DNA from: a virus
Lineage: Duplodnaviria > Caudoviricetes
DNA: 32,590 nt
Strand: one strand, 5' to 3'
Virus record (IMG/VR): IMGVR_UViG_3300014169_000017
Coordinates: 1-32,590 of that record
Shown here: one piece after another, positions 1 through 8,464 of the stretch
How positions within the stretch are numbered: the stretch's first letter is position 1
How the letters are laid out: the number at the start of each line of letters is the position of its first letter
Position numbers and translations under genes: made by a program
The notes under the pieces: generated by a model
Databases searched by the model: none
The model's input: the letters and a program-made list of their open reading frames with translations, nothing else
What the model was told of the DNA's origin: nothing

Positions 1-92
1 CTCAGTTGCACACTTTGGCAGCAAAAAAAGTTTCAGATTGTCCAGAAGTGAGCGATAATACAGCAGGAATTGGGATCGGCTATGGTGATTTG

Positions 93-617
93 ATGGGTGG
101 ACGTGGATCGGGCGGGCGAAACCGAAAATCGGCTGCAACTAAGCGCGCGCAAGGCAATCCGGGTGGTCGATCTCTTAACGAGTTCGAGCCGCCGGCGTCG
201 CCTGGCGAGCCGCCAATGCCAAAATGGATGACGCCGGACATGAAAGCGGTGTGGGCGGAACTGATCCCAATCCTGCGCGAGAAGCAGGTTCTCGATACCG
301 CGGATTCGATCGCGCTCGCAACCCTCTGCTCCAATTACGTATTGTTCGCAAAGGCCGACGCTGCGGTGCAAAAATACGGTACGGTCATCTCTGAGATTGA
401 GGAAGCGACGGGAATGGCCGTTCTGCGCATGAATCCCGCGGTCCGGGTGCGGAGTGACACGCTGCGTCATCTGAAAGCGGGTTGGCAGATGTTCGGTTTA
501 GATCCTGCATCGCGCTCGGGTATCAGCACGGACAAGAGTGGAGCGAAGAAAAACGCGACACAGTCGGCGCTTGATTCGATCCTGTCGGCAAAATCTGGCA
601 ATGACGTGGTGAACTGA
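93..617 (+). CDS. terS: Terminase small subunit, P27 family
   Basis: ATG at 93 gives MGGRGSGGRNRKS..GNPGGR; PxW(M), W..LIP.L, NPAV and FGLDPASR motifs typical of P27 TerS; precedes terL. Confidence 0.9.
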   Translation: MGGRGSGGRNRKSAATKRAQGNPGGRSLNEFEPPASPGEPPMPKWMTPDMKAVWAELIPILREKQVLDTADSIALATLCSNYVLFAKADAAVQKYGTVISEIEEATGMAVLRMNPAVRVRSDTLRHLKAGWQMFGLDPASRSGISTDKSGAKKNATQSALDSILSAKSGNDVVN

Positions 618-760
618 TGCAAAGCAAGATGAAAAAGACCGCTGCATGGGAAGCCTTGAAGATCTGCCGGCTGCTTTTCCCTTGGCGCGTTCGTCGCGAG
701 CATGATTCAACACCAGACGCAGTGGAAAACGTCAGCCGCGGAGACGCTGTTAGCGCTTAA
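617..760 (+). CDS. Possible 47-aa small protein (MQSKMKKTAAWEALKICRLLFPWRVRREHDS...)
   Basis: ATG overlaps the terS stop (TGATG); open to TAA 758-760; overlaps the 5' end of terL; below the ORF-track size cut-off. Confidence 0.3.
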   Translation: MQSKMKKTAAWEALKICRLLFPWRVRREHDSTPDAVENVSRGDAVSA

Positions 761-1889
761 CTGCAGCCGGATCCCGTCGGTCGCACGTTATTCTCTCGAC
801 ATCCTCACCGGCAACATCCCCTCGGGCCGCATGGTTTACCTGGCGGTCGAGCGCTTCCTTGACGATCTGGTCCGGCAGAACACTCCCAGCTTCCCGTATT
901 ACTTCGATCAGGGCGGCGCGGTCGCCATCATCAAGTATTTCCGTGACCTGTGCCCGTTTCGCCTGGTCCCGTTCCAGCAGTTCATGGTCGCTAACATCAT
1001 GGGCTGGAAGGAATCGGGCGTGGTCTGCGCCGCGCATCCCTTCGGGCATCGGCGTTTTAAGACTGCGTATCTCGAGATTGGCAAGGGAAGCGGCAAAACC
1101 CCGCTCGCCGCGGGCGTTGCCACGTATTTAGCCTGCGCGGACGGTGAACCTGGCGCTGAGGTCTACATCGCGGCGCCGTCGAAAGAGCAGGCGGCCATCT
1201 GCTTCCGCGATGCGGTCAAGATGGTCGACGGCGACGACACGCATCAGGAGCTCGCCAAGATCTTCAAGCAGCACGGATGCGGCGGGAAGATGCTCTCGGG
1301 CAACCTTTCCTATGGAAATAGCTTCATCCGGCCGGTTTCCGCGGAACATAAGACGCTCGACGGTCCGCGACCGCATGGCGTGATCGCCGACGAACTGCAC
1401 GAGCACCCGAACACGCTGGTGCTCGACAAGCTGACGGCCGGCTTCAAAGCGCGCCATCAGCCGATCGCCTTTGAAATTACCAACTCCGGGTGGGACCGCG
1501 ACACAATCTGCTACAACCATCACGAATACTCGAGGCAGATTCTCGACAGGGTGCTCACGAATGAGCAGTGGTTCGCCTATGTTTGCGGGATTGACGTCTG
1601 CCCGAAGTGCCGCGCGAAGGGCAAAGAGCAACCGTCCTGCGACTCCTGCGACTCCTGGCTCGATTCGGACGTGTGGATTAAGGCGAATCCGGGCCTTGGG
1701 ACCATCCTGCAACGCGGATACCTCGAAACTCAGGTAAAGCACGGGCTCGAGATCCCCGGCAGCCGCGATTTAGTGCTCCGCCTCAATTTTTGCGTCTGGA
1801 CGCAATCGGAGGAGCGGTTCATCCCGCCGGAGACGTGGCGGGCATGCGCATGGGAGCCGGAGTTGCTGCGGGTGGAACCAAAGTTGTAA
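702..1889 (+). CDS. terL: Terminase large subunit, N-terminal ATPase part (Terminase_1-like); start uncertain
   Basis: L.PFQQF, RRFKTAYLEIGKGSGKT (Walker A), VYIAA..KEQA, VIADELH (Walker B), ITNSG (motif III), WIKANPGLG, RLNFCVW; stops at TAA before the nuclease domain. Confidence 0.92.
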   Translation: MIQHQTQWKTSAAETLLALNCSRIPSVARYSLDILTGNIPSGRMVYLAVERFLDDLVRQNTPSFPYYFDQGGAVAIIKYFRDLCPFRLVPFQQFMVANIMGWKESGVVCAAHPFGHRRFKTAYLEIGKGSGKTPLAAGVATYLACADGEPGAEVYIAAPSKEQAAICFRDAVKMVDGDDTHQELAKIFKQHGCGGKMLSGNLSYGNSFIRPVSAEHKTLDGPRPHGVIADELHEHPNTLVLDKLTAGFKARHQPIAFEITNSGWDRDTICYNHHEYSRQILDRVLTNEQWFAYVCGIDVCPKCRAKGKEQPSCDSCDSWLDSDVWIKANPGLGTILQRGYLETQVKHGLEIPGSRDLVLRLNFCVWTQSEERFIPPETWRACAWEPELLRVEPKL

Positions 1890-2057
1890 ACGCAAAGGTG
1901 CTACCGTATGCTGTGGTGTGACGTTCGTCACCACTACCCCTTGACACGCTGGTGTAATATGAATCCGCTTGCCTTAGCCGGTCGACGCCCGGCGTGTACC
2001 GCAAAGCGCACCCCATCGTTATCCCCCCGTCTCTAAAATGGCGACCTCTCCGGTTCT
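1853..2057 (+). other. Structured ~205-nt intervening sequence within terL with base-paired ends
   Basis: GGAGCCGGAG (1853-62) pairs with CTCCGGTTCT (2048-57); TTGCT pairs with GGCGA after a 3-nt bulge; internal hairpins at ~1913-1934 and 1977-1993. Confidence 0.6.
1884..1912 (+). promoter_or_regulatory. Possible sigma70-like promoter inside the terL gap
   Basis: TTGTAA (1884-89) - 17 nt - TATGCT (1907-12); each box 4/6 consensus. Confidence 0.3.
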
Positions 2058-2739
2058 GGGCATCGGCGACCCGATCGCTTGGCGCGAACTGAAAATCTTG
2101 GCACTCGCCAAGAAAATATGCTTCGGTGGGCTCGATCTCGGCGTCGTCAACGATTTCACATGCCTGGCACTCTACTTCCCGAAGCAGGCCGGCGTCGCAA
2201 TCGCCGTTCTGCTGCTCTGGGCGTGGGTTCCGATGGACGTTGACCATCACAAGCTGCTGAAAGAACGCTTTGGATACTTCGATTGGGTTAAGGGCGGCTT
2301 CGTGAAGCAGACGCCTGGCGTCCGCACGGACTACTCGATCGTCATGGCCGACATTGTGGCGCTCTCAAAACAGTTTCGCATCGAGGAACTGGCCTACGAT
2401 CCCGCCTACACTACCCAGCTCGTCCAAGAGCTCGCGGCCGAAGGCGTGACCATGGTCGAGCACCGGCAGGGCACGCTGTCGATGACCTATCCCATCAAAG
2501 AGTTCCATCGCCAGATTCTCGGGAAAGACTTTGTACACGGGATGAACCCGCTGCTGACGTTCATGGTGGATAATCTCGTGGTGAAAAGCGACGGCAAGGG
2601 CAACCTCAGTTGCCTCAAGCCCGATAATCCCATGTCGCCGCGCAAGATCGACGGCGCGGTCGCCTCAATTATGGCGGTCGGTCGATCGGCGGCGAATCCG
2701 AATGCCGGCGGTTCGACTGGAAAGGTCTTTGCCGGATGA
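2038..2739 (+). CDS. terL: Terminase large subunit, C-terminal RNase H-like nuclease part
   Basis: CFGGLDLG..NDFTCL, LAYDPAY, HGMNPLL.FM..N and KIDGAVASIMA motifs; different frame from the ATPase part; no Shine-Dalgarno upstream. Confidence 0.9.
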   Translation: MATSPVLGIGDPIAWRELKILALAKKICFGGLDLGVVNDFTCLALYFPKQAGVAIAVLLLWAWVPMDVDHHKLLKERFGYFDWVKGGFVKQTPGVRTDYSIVMADIVALSKQFRIEELAYDPAYTTQLVQELAAEGVTMVEHRQGTLSMTYPIKEFHRQILGKDFVHGMNPLLTFMVDNLVVKSDGKGNLSCLKPDNPMSPRKIDGAVASIMAVGRSAANPNAGGSTGKVFAG

Positions 2740-4436
2740 GATTCTTTCCGCGCACGCGCCTCGCTCTCAAGTTCCTCGGCTCCGCGTTCCGCGCGGATGC
2801 CGGCGGCCTCGGCATTGTTGGATCCCCGTCGCCTGATTCGGATTACTGGTACCACGGACTCGGGTACCAAAGCGCCGCCGGTCCGAACGTTTCCCCGGCT
2901 TCTTCGCTCCGCCTGGCCGCGGTTTTCGCCTGTACGCGCGTCTGCGCGGAAACACTCGGATCCCTTCCGGTCGGCATCTTCCGCGTCCGCAAGAGCGGTG
3001 GACGCGATCCCGCCCCTGATCATCCCGCCCAAGAGCTTTTCCTGCAGCCGAATCCCTGGCAGACCGGCATGGAGTTCCTCGAGATGATGCAGGGCCACCT
3101 CGAGCTGCGCGGCAACGCCTACGCGCTGAAAATCCCCGGAAACGGACGCGCCATCGACCAACTGCTGCCGCAGCACCCCGACCGCGTGCGCGTCTACCTG
3201 CTGCCGAATGGCCGGCTGCGCTATGAAATTACGGCGTATTCGAATGGCCAAATCGACCGCTACAGCCAAGATGAGATTTTGCACCTGCGGGCGTGGTCGT
3301 CGGACGGCATCATGGGCATGAGCACGGTGTCGGCCGGTGCGGAAACGATCGGCGTCGGCCTCGCGCAGCAGGAGCACCGGGCCCGGTACTTCCGCAACAA
3401 CGCGATTCCGGGCATGGTCCTCGAGAGCGTCAAGCTCACCGACGAAGCGCGCGAGGAAATGACCCAATCGATTTCCGAGAAGCTTAGCGGCGAGGGCGCC
3501 TTTAAGGTGTTTTCACCGCCGCCGGGGGTGACGGCGAAGGTTCTGGGGCTCACGAACAAGGATTCCCAGCTCCTTGAAGCGTCAAATGCCACAAGGACAG
3601 AGGTTTGCGGGATGTGGCGCGTCCCGCCCCATAAAGTCGGCGACCTCAGCCGCGGAACCTTTTCGAACATCGAGCAACAGAACATCGAGTTTGCGACCGA
3701 CTGCATGCGCCCGCGCGTGGTACGCATCGAGCGCCGGCTGGATCTGCAGGTGGTACAAGCGCTCCGGGCCTTCGAGTCGGCCATGGGCGACTACTTCGTC
3801 GGTCTGAACATGGACGCCCTATTCCGCGGCGACATGAAAAGCCGCTATGAGGCGTATGCTCAAGCACTTCCGTGGATGCTGCGGAACGAAATGCGCTCGA
3901 ACGAAGGGCTCAATGAAGTGGACGGGCTTAGCGAACCGCTGGTTCCGGTCAATCTGGAGACGGTCGATCAAGCGCAGAAGCGAAGCGACGCAGGCATCGC
4001 CGCCGCCCAGGCCAAGGCCGACGCCGCGACCGGCCAGGACAACCCGGAAGCGGAAACGCCCAAGGAACCGGGCCCAGAGGATGAGGAACAGAAGGCTATG
4101 GTCCGTCGAACCAATCAGTTACGGGCAATGGCCGTCGCTGCTGGCGGCCGCATCGCCAAGCGCGAGGCAAAATTCCTCACCCGTCTTGTTTCACGTGAAA
4201 CGCCCATCGCCGCTGGCGAGCTCGCCGAATTCTATGAAAATCTGGCGCCGATTGTCGCCCAAACCATGGCAATTCCTCTCCACGAGGCGAAAGCTTTCTG
4301 CGACGATCACGCGACGGCGCTCATGGCCGCGCGTAATCGTACGGCCGCGCAGATGGTTGTCGACCAGTTTGAGGAGGAAAGTCCTGTCACATTAGCCAAG
4401 CTCGCCATTGGCGACCGCGTGGAGGCCCGCCCGTGA
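2736..4436 (+). CDS. Phage portal protein, HK97 family, with C-terminal extension
   Basis: AVFAC.RV.AETLGSLP, PNPWQT..EF, LELRGNAY, EILHLR, W.VPPHKVG..TFSNIEQQ, L.RGD.KSR, NEMR..EGL; ATGA overlap with terL. Confidence 0.95.
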   Translation: MRFFPRTRLALKFLGSAFRADAGGLGIVGSPSPDSDYWYHGLGYQSAAGPNVSPASSLRLAAVFACTRVCAETLGSLPVGIFRVRKSGGRDPAPDHPAQELFLQPNPWQTGMEFLEMMQGHLELRGNAYALKIPGNGRAIDQLLPQHPDRVRVYLLPNGRLRYEITAYSNGQIDRYSQDEILHLRAWSSDGIMGMSTVSAGAETIGVGLAQQEHRARYFRNNAIPGMVLESVKLTDEAREEMTQSISEKLSGEGAFKVFSPPPGVTAKVLGLTNKDSQLLEASNATRTEVCGMWRVPPHKVGDLSRGTFSNIEQQNIEFATDCMRPRVVRIERRLDLQVVQALRAFESAMGDYFVGLNMDALFRGDMKSRYEAYAQALPWMLRNEMRSNEGLNEVDGLSEPLVPVNLETVDQAQKRSDAGIAAAQAKADAATGQDNPEAETPKEPGPEDEEQKAMVRRTNQLRAMAVAAGGRIAKREAKFLTRLVSRETPIAAGELAEFYENLAPIVAQTMAIPLHEAKAFCDDHATALMAARNRTAAQMVVDQFEEESPVTLAKLAIGDRVEARP

Positions 4437-4696
4437 CCATCCTGACGCTTCCCGACGAGGAACTCGCCCGGCGGATGCGATTTTCCCAGGGCCCGGAGTT
4501 TTTGAAGCTGTCGGAGATGCTTCATAGTGACGTCAAGGCTGCCCGCGCGCTGCGAAAAGAGAACGAATTTCTGGAAAAGTACCCAGGGTTGCCGCGGACA
4601 GCCGAATTTGCCGCAAAAGTACGAGCTATGTTGTTGAAAAACAATCTCGATTGGACGATCGAGAACCTTGAGCGCGTTACCGAGGAAATCTTATGA
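4433..4696 (+). CDS. Hypothetical 87-aa helical protein between portal and protease
   Basis: GGAGG SD, GTGA overlap with portal stop, ATGA overlap with next gene. Confidence 0.7.
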   Translation: MTILTLPDEELARRMRFSQGPEFLKLSEMLHSDVKAARALRKENEFLEKYPGLPRTAEFAAKVRAMLLKNNLDWTIENLERVTEEIL

Positions 4697-5913
4697 AATA
4701 CGCCCGAATTGTTGCGGAGTTTCACAGTCAGGTGTGGGCAATCCGCGAGGAAACCCTGCTTGCGATGGCCCAGCTCCTTCGCCGCCATGCCTATGAGGGC
4801 GAACGCCTCTCGGCAGAGGAAATCCGGGTCCGAATCGATCAATCGAACCTGTTGAACGGCTACGAGCCTCACAAACGTCTGGCAGCGAGCTATCTGGCGT
4901 TCGACGATGAGCCGCTCGAGATGCAGGCGGCCGGGAAGCGGGTCCAGGCACCGAAGGGCAGCGTCGCGCTGATTCCGCTTGTCGGGATTATCTCCCATCG
5001 CATGAACATGATGGCCGACATTTCCGGGCCGGGGGGTGCCTCGACGCAGCAAATTACCGGGCTGTTCCGGCAGGCGCTCGAGGATTCGAACTGCCAGGCG
5101 ATCGTGTTCGATTGCGATTCCCCGGGTGGCAGCGTCGAAGGTGTGAGTGAGCTGGCGACGGAGATCTACAACGGTCGCAAGCGCAAGCCCATCACCGCCT
5201 GCGTGAACGCCATGGCCGCGAGCGCGGCCTATTGGATTGCGTCGGCAGCGAAAGAGGTGGTCATCACTCCCAGCGGGCAAGCCGGCTCGATCGGCGTCTA
5301 CATGATTCATCAAGACGAATCGAAGGCGCTCGAGCAGGACGGCATCAAAGTCACCGCCATTAAGGCCGGGAAGTACAAAATCGAGGGTGCGCCGTGGGAA
5401 CCGTTGACCGATGAGGCGCGCGCCGCGTTCCAGACGAAGGTCGATGCCCTTTACAGCATGTTCTTGAAGGCGGTCGCCCAAAACCGCGGTGACTCCCAGG
5501 CGAACGTCCGCGAGGGTTATGGCGAAGGGCGCTGTTTGCTGGCTGGAGATGCCGTTAAACAGGGTCTAGTCGACCGAATCGGCACGCTGGACGACGTTTT
5601 AGGCAAGTACGGGGTCAAAACCTCGGGGGGAGCCGCCGCGTGCTCTCCTGAGCCTCCGCAAGCGAAATCGGATCCCGACGACGAAGAAGAAGCCGCCGAC
5701 CGTCCGAATGCCTGCAAAGCCTGTCAGGGATGCACAGCAGCGACGCCCTGCGCGTGTCGTCCGAACGCCTCGATGAGCTGCTCTTGCGCCTGCGACGCCT
5801 GCAAGCTCTGCGATAACAAGCCGCCGACCAATTCCCAGGCGACCGACATCCACACGGCGCTCGAACGCCGGCGCCGCATGCTCTCGCTGCTCAAACTGAG
5901 CACGTTGCGCTAA
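4693..5913 (+). CDS. S49 (SppA/ClpP-fold) prohead protease with Cys-rich C-terminal tail
   Basis: DCDSPGGSVEG, MAASAAYWIAS, GSIGV, AGKYK, F...VA.NRG, GLVDRIGTLD; located between portal and capsid. Confidence 0.92.
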   Translation: MKYARIVAEFHSQVWAIREETLLAMAQLLRRHAYEGERLSAEEIRVRIDQSNLLNGYEPHKRLAASYLAFDDEPLEMQAAGKRVQAPKGSVALIPLVGIISHRMNMMADISGPGGASTQQITGLFRQALEDSNCQAIVFDCDSPGGSVEGVSELATEIYNGRKRKPITACVNAMAASAAYWIASAAKEVVITPSGQAGSIGVYMIHQDESKALEQDGIKVTAIKAGKYKIEGAPWEPLTDEARAAFQTKVDALYSMFLKAVAQNRGDSQANVREGYGEGRCLLAGDAVKQGLVDRIGTLDDVLGKYGVKTSGGAAACSPEPPQAKSDPDDEEEAADRPNACKACQGCTAATPCACRPNASMSCSCACDACKLCDNKPPTNSQATDIHTALERRRRMLSLLKLSTLR

Positions 5914-5917
5914 AGGT

Positions 5918-5994
5918 TTAACCGCCGCCTATGCGGTCGGTTAGGTAAGTGCTGTAAACACCGGGCACTCAATCCTTTGATTGGGAGTCTCCGG
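5918..5994 (+). promoter_or_regulatory. Two stem-loops in the capsid 5' leader
   Basis: TTAACCG-CCGC[CTAT]GCGG-T-CGGTTAG and CCGG..CTCAATC[CTTT]GATTGGG..CCGG, followed by strong SD GAGGAG. Confidence 0.5.
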
Positions 5995-6029
5995 CGCGTG
6001 ATCCAATTCCAATTTCAAGAGGAGACACC

Positions 6030-7481
6030 ATGAAACCGAGTATTGATGCTGTCCGCCAGCGAAAGGTCGAGATTGAGGCAAAAATCGAGACGCTCATCGC
6101 TGCGAACCAGGCCATTTACGAAAAGGCGAAAGCCGAAAATCGTGATCTGACGGCAGAGGAAGATTCGACGTTTAACAAAAACACCGAAGCTCTGAAACCG
6201 TTGAAAGCCGACCTCAACCGCCAAGACTTCTTCCTGACGGAAATTGGCGGCCAACTTGAGCGGGAAAAGGCGATGGGCCTCATCCGCAGCGAAAATCGCA
6301 TTGCCGCAGGCCGCGCGGGAGATCCGGGCGACGGCGGCCGGGGTGGGTTTGCGAGCTTCGGCGAGCAATTGCAAGCCGTGGCGCGGGCCGGCAGAGGCGG
6401 GCGTCCTGACGCGCGTCTTGTCGCAGGCACGTTCGACGGGACCAACAACTTCGTAGCCTCCGGGGGCGCTGATGGCGCGATGAACGAATCCGTGCCCTCA
6501 GAGGGCGGCTTTCTTGTTGGACTAGACACGTCCGACAAGATCTACCAGCGCACGTATGCCACAGGCGCCATCACTTCACGGTGCCAGCGGCAGCCGATTA
6601 GCGCGAATTCCAATCGACTGAAATTAAAGATCGTCGACGAAGATTCGCGGGCTGATGGATCGCGCATGGGCGGGGTGCTGGCCTACTGGCAGAACGAAGC
6701 AGACCAGTTCTTGTATTCCCGTCCGAAGTTCCGGGTCATCGAATTGATCCTGAACAAACTCACCGCGCTCGTGTATGCGACCGATGAGTTGCTCGAAGAT
6801 GCGGCAGCGCTCGAAGGCTGGATCATGAACAATCTCCCGACGGAATTGGCGTTCCGTGTGGAGGATGCCATCGTGAACGGCACCGGCGCCGGCCAACCCG
6901 CGGGTATCCTGAACTCCCAGGCATGTCTCCAGATTGCGAAGGCGACGGGCGACTCCGGCGCGGTTTTCACATCGGGCGACGTGCTCAACATGTGGGCCCG
7001 CTTCTGGCATCCGGGGCTTGAAAAATCCATCGCGTCGATTAGCACGGAAAACCTCACCGCCGGCCAGGCAGGACAGGCTCCGGGCGCGGCGTGGTTCATC
7101 GATCAGAGCGTGATCCCGCAATTGTTCGGGATGACGGTCGGGTCCGGTACGGCTGTGATTCTGCTCTATCATCCGCCCGGATATATGGGACTGCCGGGGC
7201 CTTACGGCCAGTTGCTCGGCATGCCCGTGATCCCAACGGAACACAATCAGGTGCTCGGCACGCCCGGCGACGTCATTCTCGCCGATATGTCGCAATACCT
7301 GCTTGCCGACAAGGGCGCGGTGCAAGCGGCCGCCAGCATGCACGTGCGGTTCGTCTACGATGAGATGACCTTCCGGTTCACTTATCGCGTCGACGCACAG
7401 ACCACGTGGAAGAAACCGCTCACCCCGAAAAACGGCGGGAATACCATGTCGCCGTTCGTCACGGTCGCGGTCCGAAGCTAG
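6030..7481 (+). CDS. Major capsid protein, HK97 fold, with N-terminal delta (scaffold) domain
   Basis: Coiled-coil N-terminus, EGGFLV, TDELLED, GTGAGQPAGILN, LLGMPVI, DVILADMSQY, F..DEMTFR...RVD; SD GAGGAG. Confidence 0.95.
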   Translation: MKPSIDAVRQRKVEIEAKIETLIAANQAIYEKAKAENRDLTAEEDSTFNKNTEALKPLKADLNRQDFFLTEIGGQLEREKAMGLIRSENRIAAGRAGDPGDGGRGGFASFGEQLQAVARAGRGGRPDARLVAGTFDGTNNFVASGGADGAMNESVPSEGGFLVGLDTSDKIYQRTYATGAITSRCQRQPISANSNRLKLKIVDEDSRADGSRMGGVLAYWQNEADQFLYSRPKFRVIELILNKLTALVYATDELLEDAAALEGWIMNNLPTELAFRVEDAIVNGTGAGQPAGILNSQACLQIAKATGDSGAVFTSGDVLNMWARFWHPGLEKSIASISTENLTAGQAGQAPGAAWFIDQSVIPQLFGMTVGSGTAVILLYHPPGYMGLPGPYGQLLGMPVIPTEHNQVLGTPGDVILADMSQYLLADKGAVQAAASMHVRFVYDEMTFRFTYRVDAQTTWKKPLTPKNGGNTMSPFVTVAVRS

Positions 7482-7537
7482 TTTTGTTCAGCTCGCGCAG
7501 TCCAAGCAGCACCATTTCTGCAAGTTAGGAGATCACC

Positions 7538-8074
7538 ATGTCGAAAGGATTTGTAGTCAGCGAAGCTGGACACGTCGCAGTGATCCTGCCCCCGGCAAGC
7601 ATTTCCGGGGCGTCGGATGCCACTCCGATTAACCCTTGCTTCTCCATGAAAAACTACCAGCACGCCAGTGTTCTCATCATGGCGGGCGCGGAAGCGACGC
7701 AGGACGCAACGACTCTGCTGGTGTACTTGTGCAGCAGCGCAGCCGGCGCGAACCCTGTGGCGATTCCGTTCAACTACTACTACCAGGCGGCAGGCGGCGC
7801 GGGAAACGACGTTCTCAGCTCGATTCAGAACGCTCCGGCAACCGGGCTTGTGCTGGCAGCCGGCAACTGGCCCGCAAACGGCTTAATCGTCATCGAAATT
7901 GATGCGGCTGAGCTCGAGGGAGCCACCGGCGGCGTGCTCGCTGGATCTGGCGGCGTTGACTCGTATATTGGCATCGGTCTGGGTGCTCCGGCGGCTGCCG
8001 ATTATGCAGCCATCGCGGTCATCCTGAGCGGCGCTTCCTACGGCAACGTGTCAAGCCCCAGCGTCACGGTGTAA
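7538..8074 (+). CDS. Beta-rich virion protein following the capsid gene (probable decoration/minor capsid protein)
   Basis: SD AGGAG, Ala/Gly-rich, SMKNY.H motif, position directly after MCP. Confidence 0.65.
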   Translation: MSKGFVVSEAGHVAVILPPASISGASDATPINPCFSMKNYQHASVLIMAGAEATQDATTLLVYLCSSAAGANPVAIPFNYYYQAAGGAGNDVLSSIQNAPATGLVLAAGNWPANGLIVIEIDAAELEGATGGVLAGSGGVDSYIGIGLGAPAAADYAAIAVILSGASYGNVSSPSVTV

Positions 8075-8100
8075 ACTGCCTGCAACCGTGGGCAACGAAC

Positions 8101-8146
8101 GATCGGGTGGGATGCTGGGTGCTGACAGCCGGCATCCCGCCCGGTT
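8101..8146 (+). promoter_or_regulatory. Long GC-rich hairpin (about 18 bp including G-U) after the capsid genes; RNA stabiliser or weak terminator
   Basis: GATCGGGTGGGATGCTGG ... CCGGCATCCCGCCCGGTT; no long U tract. Confidence 0.55.
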
Positions 8147-8164
8147 CTCCGAGAAGGAATTGCG

Positions 8165-8440
8165 ATGTTTATCCGCATAGCGACAGGCCGCGACCGCGGC
8201 GAAGTGAAAGAGTTCGATTTTGAAGTGGCCCAGGGCATGCTCAAGCGCGGCGATGCGTACCGCGTCGACTTCGATCATCCGAACTGGCAAGACAAAATGA
8301 CCGATGAGCAGCTCCAGCTTTTGCAGCGTCCGCATTTGGTCGAGCGCCAGACGGAGACGGAGCCCGCGCTCGTCGCCGCGCACCAACCGGCGGCCATCGG
8401 CCAGCGCACCGTGACACGATCGACCGGCCGACGTCGTTAA
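8165..8440 (+). CDS. Hypothetical 91-aa protein of the head module
   Basis: SD AAGGA; basic C-terminus; typical small gene before the head-tail connector. Confidence 0.7.
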   Translation: MFIRIATGRDRGEVKEFDFEVAQGMLKRGDAYRVDFDHPNWQDKMTDEQLQLLQRPHLVERQTETEPALVAAHQPAAIGQRTVTRSTGRRR

Positions 8441-8464
8441 TCTGAACCGTTACCCACAATCTCT

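Noticed and set aside
1-92. Possible cos/packaging site upstream of terS and an extended TerS start at 6
   Set aside because: The A-rich tract is suggestive by position only and cannot be supported; ATG 93 gives the typical P27 N-terminus
1941-1960. TTGACA...TAATAT promoter
   Set aside because: Spacer is only 8 nt
1853-2057. Canonical group I or group II intron; GAGCCGG...CCGGTTC resembles group II domain V
   Set aside because: No P7 (GACUA/UAGUC) core, no GUGYG...AY ends at frame-restoring positions, and the domain V-like stem encloses the whole element instead of a tetraloop
1851-2060. MITE with terminal inverted repeats and a TGG(G) target duplication in terL
   Set aside because: Excising the element plus one duplicate removes 206 nt and does not restore the frame; the arms pair fully only with G-U, which fits RNA better than DNA. 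Not fully excluded.
2487-7343. Long minus-strand ORFs (2487-3467, 4522-5481, 6624-7343) and similar ones at 8450-9316, 12523-14487, 23648-24484, 31016-31837
   Set aside because: Antisense shadows of well-supported high-GC genes, with Arg/Ala-rich composition and no motifs
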